From a virus, in UHGV virus genome UHGV-0098804: a DNA stretch of 31,623 bases. One strand, written 5' to 3'. The position numbers and the translations under genes are program-made. The number at the start of each line of letters is the position of its first letter. Within the stretch, counting starts at the first letter, position 1. Shown piece by piece: positions 8,872 to 18,299 of this stretch. The notes beneath the pieces were generated by a model that saw nothing but the letters and a program-made list of their open reading frames with translations, searched no databases and was not told the origin of the DNA.

Positions 8872-10530
8872 TCAGCGCATCAGAATTGGTTTACCGACGA
8901 TTCGGCGAGCTGTACCGGTCGGGCAAACAGACCAGGACACTTCCCACAGATCGATGTCTTTCTGGACAACCTGGACAACATATGGATCTTCGCCCTGAGA
9001 CTTGTCACGGGGAGTAACCAGCGCACCGGATGCAACGTAACGGTCAAGCAATTCAGTCATTGCTTTCATCAGCGTCGCCTGGGTAATGCCATCCGGTTCA
9101 TGTTTAATCGCCAGTGCTACTTCATAGAAATTACGGGCAATAGCATTCATCAGAGACGAAACATGCTGGAATCGCAGGTAGTTGTTTTTACTGAAAGTTG
9201 TTAAAGAGTCGTCGATGTAGACAGAACCATCAGCAGCAACAGAAACTGGGTTAATGCGTGCGACAACGAATGCTTCGCGATCAACCGCACCGATATTTGG
9301 AATTCGGGCAATATTCTGTCGATCAATAATCGCGCGTGATATACCTGCCGGAGCGTAATGCCAGCCGCCAACATCCGATACCAGAGCCACCCCTCTTGCT
9401 TTTGCTACGAATGCATCGCAACTGATGCCGTAAACAACATTCATACCGGTGAAGGTATCTCGGCAGGAGAATGGGAAGTAGTAGCGGCTTGGCTGGTGTG
9501 AGCCACCAAAACTATGGCTTTTAGCTTCTGAAATGGCATTTTCTGGTGTCTGGTTGCCCTTCAGGTCGTAGAACATGTCTACACGAACGTCTTCTGCCAG
9601 ATTTTTGAGCGCGGCTAAGGCGGATGCGTCATAGCAGCCCAGTGACAGTAATGCGGTGTAATTAACCTCCGAGGCTTCGAGAACCTTTAATGCTTCCAGA
9701 TAGTCTTCGGTGTCAATGGTGGACAAATCGCCATCAGTGCCGCCTTCAAAAGCCACATCCTCAAACATGAGTTGAGCAGCAGATGCTTCCGCATTATCTG
9801 CCAGGACGGCACCAATGCGAGTGGACTGGCTTTCAAGCAGTGTCGGAATCCATGCTGGTTGGCCCATGTCGTTAGTGCCTTCTGGATTGAAGGACACCTG
9901 GTGGCTTTCCAGCACCTCAACAGACCCATCGGTTTGTTTTTCTTTCAGCGTCAGCGTAAAGAGTTCACTTTCTTCATCATCGCGAGTTAGTGATAACGTG
10001 CGATTTTGAGATGCATCACCATCTTTGATGAAGAATAATGCCTTCCCTTCGTCTTTAATCTGGGGAGTTTCTTTTGGTGTGAAAGTTACTGATTGTGTCG
10101 TTGCAGTTGAAGCAACACCCACGCTCAATGTGTCACCTGGATTTACTGTGGTTTCAGCAGGTTCCACGGTAAGTGTTTTGTTGGCCTTTGCCGCTTTTGC
10201 TCTGCTCGCGACGGAAACAGAAATTCCCGGCACCTTCATGTCTTTAGCGCAAACACGAACGACATAACCAGAGCCACCTTTTACGGCACGCTCCACGTGG
10301 CGGTATGGTTCAAATGCCGATCCCAGGCGAGGGTGAATAGGTGAACCTAATACGCTTTGATAAGTCGTATCGTCAACTTTCAGCACTTTACCCGGTGCGC
10401 AACGACGCGATATTACAAGCCCAGCAAAGACAGATGCGCCACCGCTGGTATTGGTGAGGGTAGCGTCAGCATTTACCGCCATTACAGCAACGCCAGCTGC
10501 CTGCCCTACCGAAAAACTAATCTTATTCAT
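8872..10530 (-). CDS. Major virion structural protein (552 aa): candidate tail sheath (or capsid)
   Basis: Long track ORF in the structural operon; assignment rests on size and context only, no confident sequence motif. Confidence 0.35.
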   Translation of the reverse strand: MNKISFSVGQAAGVAVMAVNADATLTNTSGGASVFAGLVISRRCAPGKVLKVDDTTYQSVLGSPIHPRLGSAFEPYRHVERAVKGGSGYVVRVCAKDMKVPGISVSVASRAKAAKANKTLTVEPAETTVNPGDTLSVGVASTATTQSVTFTPKETPQIKDEGKALFFIKDGDASQNRTLSLTRDDEESELFTLTLKEKQTDGSVEVLESHQVSFNPEGTNDMGQPAWIPTLLESQSTRIGAVLADNAEASAAQLMFEDVAFEGGTDGDLSTIDTEDYLEALKVLEASEVNYTALLSLGCYDASALAALKNLAEDVRVDMFYDLKGNQTPENAISEAKSHSFGGSHQPSRYYFPFSCRDTFTGMNVVYGISCDAFVAKARGVALVSDVGGWHYAPAGISRAIIDRQNIARIPNIGAVDREAFVVARINPVSVAADGSVYIDDSLTTFSKNNYLRFQHVSSLMNAIARNFYEVALAIKHEPDGITQATLMKAMTELLDRYVASGALVTPRDKSQGEDPYVVQVVQKDIDLWEVSWSVCPTGTARRIVGKPILMR

Positions 10531-10598
10531 GCTGTGTTCTTATCCTCTAAAGCGAGAGAACGAGGCAAGGCTACCCACGGTTAATGGGTAGCCTCTGA

Positions 10599-10877
10599 TC
10601 AGGATTCGCCTACCGTGAAGTTGTCGCCTACGGTTACTTCTTTCGTAGTCGGTTCAACACTGACGGCGCTTACGCTTTTAGGTGCCTCCCTAACAGTGAC
10701 CGTGCACTGTGCGGTTTTATTGCCGTCATTAGTTTTGATTGTCAGCACTGCCTGCCCTGCCTTAAGAGCGGTACATGTAGTGCCATCAACCTGGACAATT
10801 TCAGGGTGATCGGACTCAACAGTGAAAGATTTGTCTGTTGCGTCAGATGGCGTGATAGTTACTTGAATGTTTGCCAT
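10599..10877 (-). CDS. Small Ig-like (Big_2-type) domain protein (92 aa): candidate decoration protein
   Basis: Track ORF; AGGAG SD directly before the ATG. Thr/Val-rich beta-strand pattern (VTITPSDAT...FTVESDHPEIVQVD...LKAGQAVLTIKTNDGNKTAQCTVTV) typical of bacterial Ig-like domains. Confidence 0.5.
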   Translation of the reverse strand: MANIQVTITPSDATDKSFTVESDHPEIVQVDGTTCTALKAGQAVLTIKTNDGNKTAQCTVTVREAPKSVSAVSVEPTTKEVTVGDNFTVGES

Positions 10878-11023
10878 TTTTTCTCCTGAACGCCCCTTAA
10901 TCAGGGGCGTGTTTTTGCCTTACTTCTGCTTTGTTTTTTTCTGTGCCTTTGAAGTGTTCGCGGCGATAGTTTCACCTTCATCTACGTCAAGTGACGTTGG
11001 TGATACCGACACGTTCGCCACCA

Positions 11024-12721
11024 TCACTTTTTTTCGTTAACCTTGCCTGTCAGCATGTCGATAGCACCTTCTTTGGCACGAGTCAGACGCAGGCGGGCGA
11101 AATAATTCTCACCGTTGCGCGGGTGGACTTCGTTGATAGCACTACCCCAGAGAGTGGTGCGGTTAACGAGAGATGGATTGGTTTCGTGCACATACGGGAT
11201 TGCTGGGACCGCATCACCAGCGATCAGCCCGGCTTTACCGATGCCTTCACCGCGACCATAGAAATAAATGTCATCCAGACCTAAGTCATATCCCTGAGCC
11301 TTGAATTGCTCACACACAGGCTGCGGCACTTCGTAAATACGAATCGTGCCAAACAGGGTGCCGATGTACTGCACATACGGTGACTGAACGTAGCCCGGCG
11401 CGATTTGGAAGTGCTGTGGAGGCAGAGAACGCAGGAAGTTAGCTGCGTCACCACCTGCGAAGCCACCGCGAATACCTGTGGTCAGGGTGCGGTTTGCCAT
11501 TTCCTGAGACAGGGCGTTTACTGCGTGGCGCAGGAGGCCGACCCAGGACTCATAGTTTTGAGCTTCAGGCAGAGCCACATCAAATTCACGACCATAAACG
11601 GTATGGAATACCAGGGTGCGCAGACGCATGATGTCGGTTTCATGGGAGATCCAGTTCCGCATTGCGGAGAACTGAAGTGCCGCCAATTCAAGGCCGTGTT
11701 CACGGCTTAAATCGGAAGCGGACATTACGGTGTGTTCGGAAGCAATTACGTACTGAGACGGTCGAACTTCATACTTACGCATAGCCTGGTTGATTACCGG
11801 AATCAGGCTTGGATTGCGCTCGATGTTAATTTCGACCTGAACCGCAATTTCAGTCCCTTCTGCTGGCGCTTGAGTGAAGGTAATGTCGATGACACCAGTG
11901 TCATAAGCGACTTTTGCGGTAGCTGAGAATGCATTGCCTTTGCAGTCTTTATCATTGAAATAAAGGTTGCCATCGCCGTCGTCAACCTTGGACGGTTTGC
12001 GGTTGATAAGCAGCTTGTTATAACCAGCACGCAGCGGGCAGGACTGCCCCTCAAAATTTTGGATGTCGAACTGGAAAGTTTTGGTGCTACCGTCCCCTTT
12101 CGTGGAAAGGGTATACAGGCGCTTCATTTGAGAATAAACACCAGCGGACTGCATATTCAGTTCGTCACCTTGCTCGAAGGTGCCGAATTTTGTGCCTGCT
12201 ACGTTGACCAGTTCATAAATATTTGACTCATCACGATCACAAGGAACAAAAGTACAGGCATCACTGGTAGCAGCACCCAGAGAGGCAGGCAGAATTAGTG
12301 CAGCATATTGAGCAACTTTCATTACGCCGTCAGAGCTACGCATTGATTGCGCGACAGACTCAAACATTGCCTTGCCAGTGCCTACGTGTGTATCGCTGGC
12401 ACATTCAGTCATCAGGCGTTCAAGTGCCATGTGTGCGTTTGCCAGGATATCGCTTGCCGGGTAGTGACCATGCTGGCGCTTGTACTCATGCAGAGACATA
12501 GCCCACCCACCAGCGATCTGACGTGCAACCTCTGGATTTACGCCTTCAAACATAGCCTCCTTCTGGATAGCTTTATCCAGGTTCTCCATCATCGCTGCCT
12601 GATCAGCAATCATATTGCCCGCAGCATCGGTGGTCGGATCGACGGTCATAGCCATGACGCTTGCCGCCCGATTCATAATCTCGCGCTCGCGATCACGAGC
12701 TGGCTGAATGTTTTTATTCAC
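11024..12721 (-). CDS. Large virion protein (565 aa): candidate major capsid protein, GTG start
   Basis: Track ORF; first gene of the minus-strand structural run, followed by the Ig-like gene. Assignment by size and order only. Confidence 0.35.
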   Translation of the reverse strand: MNKNIQPARDREREIMNRAASVMAMTVDPTTDAAGNMIADQAAMMENLDKAIQKEAMFEGVNPEVARQIAGGWAMSLHEYKRQHGHYPASDILANAHMALERLMTECASDTHVGTGKAMFESVAQSMRSSDGVMKVAQYAALILPASLGAATSDACTFVPCDRDESNIYELVNVAGTKFGTFEQGDELNMQSAGVYSQMKRLYTLSTKGDGSTKTFQFDIQNFEGQSCPLRAGYNKLLINRKPSKVDDGDGNLYFNDKDCKGNAFSATAKVAYDTGVIDITFTQAPAEGTEIAVQVEINIERNPSLIPVINQAMRKYEVRPSQYVIASEHTVMSASDLSREHGLELAALQFSAMRNWISHETDIMRLRTLVFHTVYGREFDVALPEAQNYESWVGLLRHAVNALSQEMANRTLTTGIRGGFAGGDAANFLRSLPPQHFQIAPGYVQSPYVQYIGTLFGTIRIYEVPQPVCEQFKAQGYDLGLDDIYFYGRGEGIGKAGLIAGDAVPAIPYVHETNPSLVNRTTLWGSAINEVHPRNGENYFARLRLTRAKEGAIDMLTGKVNEKK

Positions 12722-12879
12722 GGTTAAGCCCTAAATTCGGGCGCGGCGTGAAGGTTCTTTTGACGCGCTAACAATACCAACTTTGTGATTTAGTCAATAG
12801 CATTAGTAAAATAAAATCTGTTAACACACGTGTTGTTATGTGGTTTAATTTTAATTTTCTAACACAAATCATTACGGTT

Positions 12880-13272
12880 ATGGCGTATCGGATCTTTGTT
12901 TCGTATAAAAATGGCGCGAAAAGCCACTCCCTGAACACAACGAGCCGCTTTCTTGTTGAGGCGCAACTGGCATCAATTCTTGCTGAAAGTGAGATACTCT
13001 CCCTCGCTGAACGAATCGTCATCCAGTTTTCTGGTAGAGATATTCTTAATGTCCCCGCCCTCACCCCGGCCTCCGAAGTCATGGAATCCATTAAATGGCC
13101 TGTATGTGGATGCCCGGCGAGAGTTGAAGAGCCGGTAACCGCTACGCTCTATATGCCGAAAGCAGTAAGAGACTGGCTTGCTGTGATTGGCAACGGGAAA
13201 GTCAGTGCTGGACTGCGAAAGTTAATTGAAATGGCAGATATTCCAGAGTTAAAAAACGCATGGCGACAATGA
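12880..13272 (+). CDS. Hypothetical protein (about 130 aa; track start 12838, ATG 12880 preferred)
   Basis: Track ORF 12838..13272; the first 14 codons lie in an AT-rich promoter-like region; stop overlaps the next ORF (ATGGCGACAATGA). Confidence 0.3.
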   Translation: MAYRIFVSYKNGAKSHSLNTTSRFLVEAQLASILAESEILSLAERIVIQFSGRDILNVPALTPASEVMESIKWPVCGCPARVEEPVTATLYMPKAVRDWLAVIGNGKVSAGLRKLIEMADIPELKNAWRQ

Positions 13273-13289
13273 GTAAACAGGGGGGCAAA

Positions 13290-13748
13290 ATGAGTCACGC
13301 GAATCCATCAAAAACACAATATCGCTTAATGCTGGCGATCGCGTCAGCTATACCAACCAGCCTGAATCCCCCTGCTGGCTATCCCGCTGTTGTTGATGAT
13401 TGTTTTCAGTATTACGGTGAAGACATTCTGGGACAGTCGAAAGCACTAAAACAGTTGTGCAAAGCCGGGATTCTTCACTGCATAGGCGATCCGGATGATT
13501 TTGTTGTCATGCTGGCAGATCGTGACTCTTTTCTGCTGTCCTGGAAAGCCGGGGCGCGCGAAGCGCGTTTGGGGAATGGCATTGGCTACATAGACTATAG
13601 CGATTGCCCGCTGGCATTTGCTGGTGGATATATGCATTGGCATGAGCGAAATAGAGGCCGTCAGCGTCAGTATCGCTTGAGTGACTTTAACGTCTGTCAC
13701 GGTTTCGAAGAAGCTGACAGCCAGGATATCTGGCTTCAGGAGCCGTGA
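13290..13748 (+). CDS. Hypothetical protein (about 152 aa)
   Basis: Track ORF 13260..13748; AGGGGGG sits 5 nt before the ATG at 13290 (MSHANPSK...), making that the likely start. Confidence 0.4.
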   Translation: MSHANPSKTQYRLMLAIASAIPTSLNPPAGYPAVVDDCFQYYGEDILGQSKALKQLCKAGILHCIGDPDDFVVMLADRDSFLLSWKAGAREARLGNGIGYIDYSDCPLAFAGGYMHWHERNRGRQRQYRLSDFNVCHGFEEADSQDIWLQEP

Positions 13749-14020
13749 TTACCCTTCCCTTCCCAAATCTCCCTATTCCTTTGGTTATTCAGTGCGTTTC
13801 GTTGGTTGCATTCATCGATCGTGCTGAATAACTGTTCAGTGTATGTTGGATACTTGTTTAACAGCACTGGCGTGTCCTCTGGCACCAGACAAGGGTAATA
13901 ATCAATCAGATTTGCCTGCGGCTTGCTGGTGGCTTCTACGGTAATTTTCACTGGCACGCTGGTTGATGGCTTTTGCCCGTTCCCGCTGCATCCTGATAAC
14001 GTCATCAGGCACACGCACAT
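13736..14020 (-). CDS. Candidate o-spanin (Rz1-like outer-membrane lipoprotein) starting inside the i-spanin gene
   Basis: Track ORF 13736..14068 in a different frame from 13902..14375. The internal Met gives MCVCLMTLSGCSG with an L-S-G-C lipobox; the overlapped architecture is classic Rz/Rz1. Confidence 0.5.
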   Translation of the reverse strand: MCVCLMTLSGCSGNGQKPSTSVPVKITVEATSKPQANLIDYYPCLVPEDTPVLLNKYPTYTEQLFSTIDECNQRNALNNQRNREIWEGKGNHGS

Positions 14021-14375
14021 CGTTAATCCCAGCACGGTGTAACGCAGTTTCAAGACGAGTGATTTCATTCTGGCTTTCCTCTCGTTGTTTGATTAGGTTG
14101 GCATTCAGTTCTGCTGTTTTGCGCTGGTACTCCTTTTCCAGTGCTTTAATTCTTTCGTTTTCGGTCAGCATGGCTGAGCGAGCGTTCTCACTTAACTGTA
14201 ATGCGGTAGAAAGCGTGTTGTTCGTGCTTTCCAGTTGTGATTTTGAGTCTTCAAGCGATCGGACATACCTGATGTGTTCGATAACTGCCGTCGTTGTTCG
14301 GTAAATTCCAGAAATGGCTAAAAGCGCAATTACAATCAAAATTATCTTTTTCAAAACCATCCTCTCCAGGTTCAT
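13902..14375 (-). CDS. Candidate i-spanin (Rz-like): N-terminal TM helix plus coiled-coil periplasmic domain
   Basis: N-terminal hydrophobic helix (LKKIILIVIALLAISGIY) followed by heptad-rich charged sequence; overlaps the lipoprotein ORF. Confidence 0.5.
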   Translation of the reverse strand: MNLERMVLKKIILIVIALLAISGIYRTTTAVIEHIRYVRSLEDSKSQLESTNNTLSTALQLSENARSAMLTENERIKALEKEYQRKTAELNANLIKQREESQNEITRLETALHRAGINDVRVPDDVIRMQRERAKAINQRASENYRRSHQQAAGKSD

Positions 14376-14430
14376 TTTTGGTGTTAAACATGTACCAATT
14401 TACATCCTTTTGTGTGCCTAAGTGGTGTTT

Positions 14431-15234
14431 CTATGGTTCCTTTTTGGTGTTCTTTTGGAGCGCATCGATAACGCCTTGTGGCATGATTAAACTGATTGCC
14501 GGACTCATTACTGCATCATCCAGTAGAGAACCAGTTAACGTGATGGCGACAGCGTTCTCTAAACCTTTGGTTGCCTGAGTGGTTGACGTTTTAATGCGAC
14601 CTGTAAGGGCTACGACACCCTCACTTGCTGAGTTAATTTCGGAGAGTAAAACTTCGGCGGCTGTCACTGCTTCCCGTAAAGCATCAATTTCATCCTGAGT
14701 AATGTCCGGAGCCTGTGTTGCCCCTCCACCAGCCTGTCCACCATCACTATCACCACCAGCACTCCCGGCAGCTTCAATTTTTGCGTTTATGGCGTTCATG
14801 GCGGTATTCAGATCGTCAAGTTTCAGCGCCGCCAATGCGTCCGTTAATGATTGCGGCATGGAAACATTCCCCATCCCCTCTACCAGGGCGAACGCTGGCG
14901 CGGGGATCAGTTCATTACCTTTTGCGTGGCACTCCCAGCCAATCTTCATCTGTAACAACTCTGATGGCGTGGTGTATGGGGAAAGAGAGTCAGCCAGTGA
15001 TGAAGAAGACTTGCTGGCCTCATTGAGCTGTTCGGAAAATCCAAGCAATTGAGTCGTCCAGGCCGACACTGAATCAGGATAGGTTTTATCAGGGTGAACC
15101 ATTTCCTGTATTGCGCTCGCGAGTGACGAGGCTTTTGAAGAAGCCCCCCGGCTTATGGTTATTGATTCCGGTGTGGAGGCACCAGCACCAGACAGAATTT
15201 GGAAGGCTTTAACTTCACCTATTGAATCAAGCAT
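14431..15234 (-). CDS. Hypothetical protein (267 aa) coupled to the PAAR-like gene
   Basis: Track ORF; start overlaps the upstream stop (TAATG). Ala/Ser/Gly-rich; no family recognised. Confidence 0.45.
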   Translation of the reverse strand: MLDSIGEVKAFQILSGAGASTPESITISRGASSKASSLASAIQEMVHPDKTYPDSVSAWTTQLLGFSEQLNEASKSSSSLADSLSPYTTPSELLQMKIGWECHAKGNELIPAPAFALVEGMGNVSMPQSLTDALAALKLDDLNTAMNAINAKIEAAGSAGGDSDGGQAGGGATQAPDITQDEIDALREAVTAAEVLLSEINSASEGVVALTGRIKTSTTQATKGLENAVAITLTGSLLDDAVMSPAISLIMPQGVIDALQKNTKKEP

Positions 15235-15518
15235 TATGCGACCTGAAAAATATCCTCGCCGTTAGCGATAACAGAACCACAAGAAAGCGGATCGCCTACG
15301 CAGACTACTCCCTTTCCACCTATTGAATACCATGCCCGTGTCGATACAGCCGATCCGGGATGTGCACTGTTGCCATCTGTATGGCTGGGAAACATGGCAC
15401 CATCCACAACAACTGGCTTACCGTTGACGGTGAACCAGGGAACGGTTTCAGCTACCAGTCGCGGCGGAAATCCTCCGTGACCGGAACAAAGTGTGTCGCT
15501 GGTGGCTATTGCGCTCAT
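15234..15518 (-). CDS. PAAR-like spike-tip protein (94 aa)
   Basis: AGGAG SD 9 nt upstream. Motifs CSGHGG, VNGKPVVVDGA and GDPLSCGSVIANG resemble PAAR-repeat proteins such as T4 gp5.4 and T6SS PAAR (from memory). Confidence 0.55.
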   Translation of the reverse strand: MSAIATSDTLCSGHGGFPPRLVAETVPWFTVNGKPVVVDGAMFPSHTDGNSAHPGSAVSTRAWYSIGGKGVVCVGDPLSCGSVIANGEDIFQVA

Positions 15519-15611
15519 TCTTCATCTCCTGGTTATTCGCCTATTGTCATCACTTTGTTATTTCGTCACTCAAAGAGAGAGTGAAATCACGGAACATTTA
15601 CAATTCCCGTT

Positions 15612-15644
15612 TTGTTCTCAAATTGTTCTCAAATTGTTCTCGCT
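15612..15644 (+). repeat. parC-like tandem 11-bp repeats (ttgttctcaaa x2.7) upstream of parM; more ttctcaaa copies at about 15677 and 15763
   Basis: Direct repeats seen in sequence; in type II partition loci ParR binds tandem repeats flanking the parM promoter. Confidence 0.5.
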
Positions 15645-15795
15645 TCTATCCAAGTGCCCAGCAGGCGATTAAAGATATTCTCAAAACAACCTCAATTATG
15701 ACTCTTATTTATCTCTAATTATGTGGATTTTCGATGCCTTCTCTTTTAAAATCATGATTTGATTCTCAAATGTGTCTCAGAAGTGGAGCAAGAAG

Positions 15796-16752
15796 ATGCG
15801 CATTTTTATCGATGATGGTTCAACCAATATCAAAATGCTGTGGGAGCACGACGGGGAAACTCGCACTCACATCAGCCCTAACAGCTTTAAGCGCGGATGG
15901 TCAGCAACATTTGGTGCTGGCAAGCCGTTTAACTATGTCATTGACGACGAAAAGTATTCGTATGATTTGATCTCGCCAGATGTTCTGCCGACAAATAACG
16001 TGGAATGGCAATACAGCCCGCTTAACGTTCTTGCTGTGCATCATGCTTTGTTGACCAGTGGTATTGAGCCGCAAGAAGTAGAAATTGTGGTTACACTGCC
16101 ACTGGCAGAGTTTTACGACGACGATGCGCAATACAATCTCGCTAATATTGAGCGCAAAAAAGCCAGCCTGATGCGCCCTGTCACGCTGAATAAAGGCAAT
16201 GTATTCACAATTAAGAAAGTTACGGTACGACCGGAGTCTATTCCGGCAGGAATTGGCCTGTGCGACAATCTGAACCCTGCCCATTCTGTTCTTATCGTCG
16301 ATTTGGGTGGAACTACCCTTGATGTTTCAATGGTCGCCGGGCAAATGACGGCAGTTTCCCGTGTTTTTGGCGATTCGAATCTTGGTGTATCACTGGTCAC
16401 CAGGGAAGTAAGGCAAGCACTTGCCAGAGCCAATACCGAAACGTCAAATTACAATGTCGATCAGCTTATTATTAACCGCCACGATGAAGAATATCTGAAC
16501 GACAATATCAATGATCCATCCGCTATTGGTGATGTGAAAAAGGCTATTAGTACAAGCATTGACCGCCTGCGTACTCGCGTTCTTGATGTAATTAGCGACT
16601 TTAAAGGGTATACGCATGTCATGGTGATCGGCGGTGGCGCGCCGCTGGTGGCTGATGCAATTCGCGAGCACGTTAACATTCGTGATGATCGTTTCTTTGT
16701 GGCAGATGATCCGCAACTTGCTCTTGTTCATGGTCTGAAGGCTATCGGTTAA
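15796..16752 (+). CDS. parM: Actin-like plasmid segregation ATPase ParM/StbA
   Basis: Track ORF 15772..16752; ATG at 15796 with GGAG upstream preferred. MRIFIDDGSTNIKMLW...HISPNSFKRGW closely resembles the R1 ParM N-terminus as I recall it. Confidence 0.85.
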   Translation: MRIFIDDGSTNIKMLWEHDGETRTHISPNSFKRGWSATFGAGKPFNYVIDDEKYSYDLISPDVLPTNNVEWQYSPLNVLAVHHALLTSGIEPQEVEIVVTLPLAEFYDDDAQYNLANIERKKASLMRPVTLNKGNVFTIKKVTVRPESIPAGIGLCDNLNPAHSVLIVDLGGTTLDVSMVAGQMTAVSRVFGDSNLGVSLVTREVRQALARANTETSNYNVDQLIINRHDEEYLNDNINDPSAIGDVKKAISTSIDRLRTRVLDVISDFKGYTHVMVIGGGAPLVADAIREHVNIRDDRFFVADDPQLALVHGLKAIG

Positions 16753-16758
16753 CGAGGT

Positions 16759-17103
16759 GTGTCCATGCCCCAGGAACGTAAGAAAGTGATGATTTATCTT
16801 CGCCCGGAGGCTTATGCCAATGAAAAAGCCGCGAGTGAAAAGATAAAAAAACATAGCGATATGGCAAGAACTGCGCTTTTAGCTGGCCTTGCGCTGGGAG
16901 AAGTCGATAGTCGGCTGCCGGGATTGCTCGCCTCTCTTCTGACAAAAGAGAGTAACCCAGAGCTGATCCGGGGAATGCTGGCCTCGTTTCTGGAAGTGCC
17001 TGCTGCGACAGAGGAGCGCCCTGCTTCTGTAGCGCCGGGTAAAGAGCAGGTCGTTGTCGAAAGTGTGTCTGCGCGGAACCTGGCTAATTCTCTACCTGAT
17101 TGA
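16759..17103 (+). CDS. parR: ParR/StbB-like centromere-binding adaptor
   Basis: Immediately downstream of parM; ALLAGLAL...LLASLLTKE matches the recalled R1 ParR motif ALTAGLAL...LLCELLTKE. Confidence 0.8.
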   Translation: MSMPQERKKVMIYLRPEAYANEKAASEKIKKHSDMARTALLAGLALGEVDSRLPGLLASLLTKESNPELIRGMLASFLEVPAATEERPASVAPGKEQVVVESVSARNLANSLPD

Positions 17104-17149
17104 CAGCGAATGCGTTCTTGAAAGGCTGCAAATTGCAGCCTTTTTTGTA

Positions 17150-17340
17150 CCGCTTTAACACCAATTTGGTACCAATTTTACACCATATATGAGCCGCTTA
17201 TGTACTGGTGCATAAATGGTGCTGGTTTGGTGCTTTCCAGGTATAAACGTGTACCGGTATATTGGGGATTTGCTGCTATACTGGCAATATTGAGGATTGT
17301 GCCGTTATTGCACCGAAACGGTACCAAAGAGGTACCTTTT
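17150..17340. repeat. Repeat-rich intergenic region (multiple GGTACC / ccaattt / ggtgct motifs): candidate centromere and promoter for the ParA-type system
   Basis: Visible repeated short motifs (ccaatttggtaccaatttt; ggtgctggtttggtgct; acggtaccaaagaggtacc) upstream of the ParA-like gene. Confidence 0.3.
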
Positions 17341-17380
17341 CAGTGTTAAAGTGATGCTAAAACAACACCGAGGAAAGGAC

Positions 17381-18022
17381 ATGATTATCCTGGTAGCAAG
17401 TCAAAAGGGAGGCTGTGGCAAGTCAACCACCAGCGTCAATATTTGTGCCGAGCTGGCCCGAAAAAACAAAGATGTCGTCTTGATTGATGCTGATAAGCAG
17501 GGAACGGCAGCTCGATGGGCGTCAGACCGTAATTCGTCCGAAGTGACACCAGTTATTCATTGCGTCCAGAAGTTTGGAAATATTCGAGAAACTCTGCTCG
17601 ATCTTAACAATCGATATGAATACGTGGTTGTTGATACCGCAGGTCGTGATAGTAAAGAGATGCGCACAGGTATAACGGCGGCGGATATTCTATTGGTTCC
17701 ATTCAGGCCGTCTCAGCCAGATTTGGACACGCTGGCACACTTTGTTGAGGTGTTTGAAGAGGCTTTGGATCTGATGCCTAATCCCAATATTAAGGCGTGC
17801 GCAGTCTTAACTATGGCCCCGGCAAATCCGGTTGTGAATGAAGCAAATGAGGCCAAAGAGTATCTGGCAGAATATCCGCAACTGAAATTGCTGAAAACCA
17901 TTATTCGCGATCGCAAGGTTTACCGCGACTGCATGGCTGAAGGAAAGGGTGTTGTTGAGATGGATAACGGTAAGGCGAAAGGTGAAATTCAGATGTTAGT
18001 TAAGGAGTTGCTAAGTGATTAA
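17381..18022 (+). CDS. parA: ParA/ParF-family partition ATPase (Walker-type, about 213 aa)
   Basis: Track ORF 17297..18022; ATG at 17381 follows AGGAAAGGAC. Deviant Walker A KGGCGKST near the N-terminus. Confidence 0.8.
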   Translation: MIILVASQKGGCGKSTTSVNICAELARKNKDVVLIDADKQGTAARWASDRNSSEVTPVIHCVQKFGNIRETLLDLNNRYEYVVVDTAGRDSKEMRTGITAADILLVPFRPSQPDLDTLAHFVEVFEEALDLMPNPNIKACAVLTMAPANPVVNEANEAKEYLAEYPQLKLLKTIIRDRKVYRDCMAEGKGVVEMDNGKAKGEIQMLVKELLSD

Positions 18023-18299
18023 ACGTCGAGAACCAGCTAAAGCGCCTAAGGCTACTGATCCGGAACTTGAGCGAAGAATTGAAGAGTTCGCCAGCAAAGC
18101 GGATTTAATCCCGGATGAAATTACAAAGGGGAAGGTGCTTGATAAAGATGCGCCGCGCGACTTTAAATCCATACGCGTGAGCTTTAATGAATATGAGTAC
18201 GGGGTGCTCGATGCGTTAGGCAAAAAGCTTAACCGCAGCAAATTGAACCTGATTCGACATGCCATCCTCATGCTTGCTGAGTCAGAGGATGCTAAATGA
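18015..18299 (+). CDS. Small partition partner protein (ParG/ParB-like), GTG start overlapping the parA stop
   Basis: 8-bp overlap with the parA stop (GTGATTAA); small basic protein in the position expected for a type Ib centromere-binding protein. Confidence 0.5.
   Translation: MIKRREPAKAPKATDPELERRIEEFASKADLIPDEITKGKVLDKDAPRDFKSIRVSFNEYEYGVLDALGKKLNRSKLNLIRHAILMLAESEDAK

Noticed and set aside
9687-10267. ORFs 9687..9929 (-), 9772..9990 (+), 9815..10009 (+), 10025..10267 (+)
   Set aside because: Embedded in or antisense to the 552-aa structural gene; no independent support.
11281-12727. Multiple short ORFs on both strands within 11024-12721
   Set aside because: Overlap the 565-aa structural ORF, which is the only long uninterrupted frame.
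15901-16854. Minus-strand ORFs 15901..16284, 16113..16433, 16444..16854 antisense to parM
   Set aside because: parM has strong recalled family similarity, a good SD and a downstream parR; the antisense ORFs are shadows.
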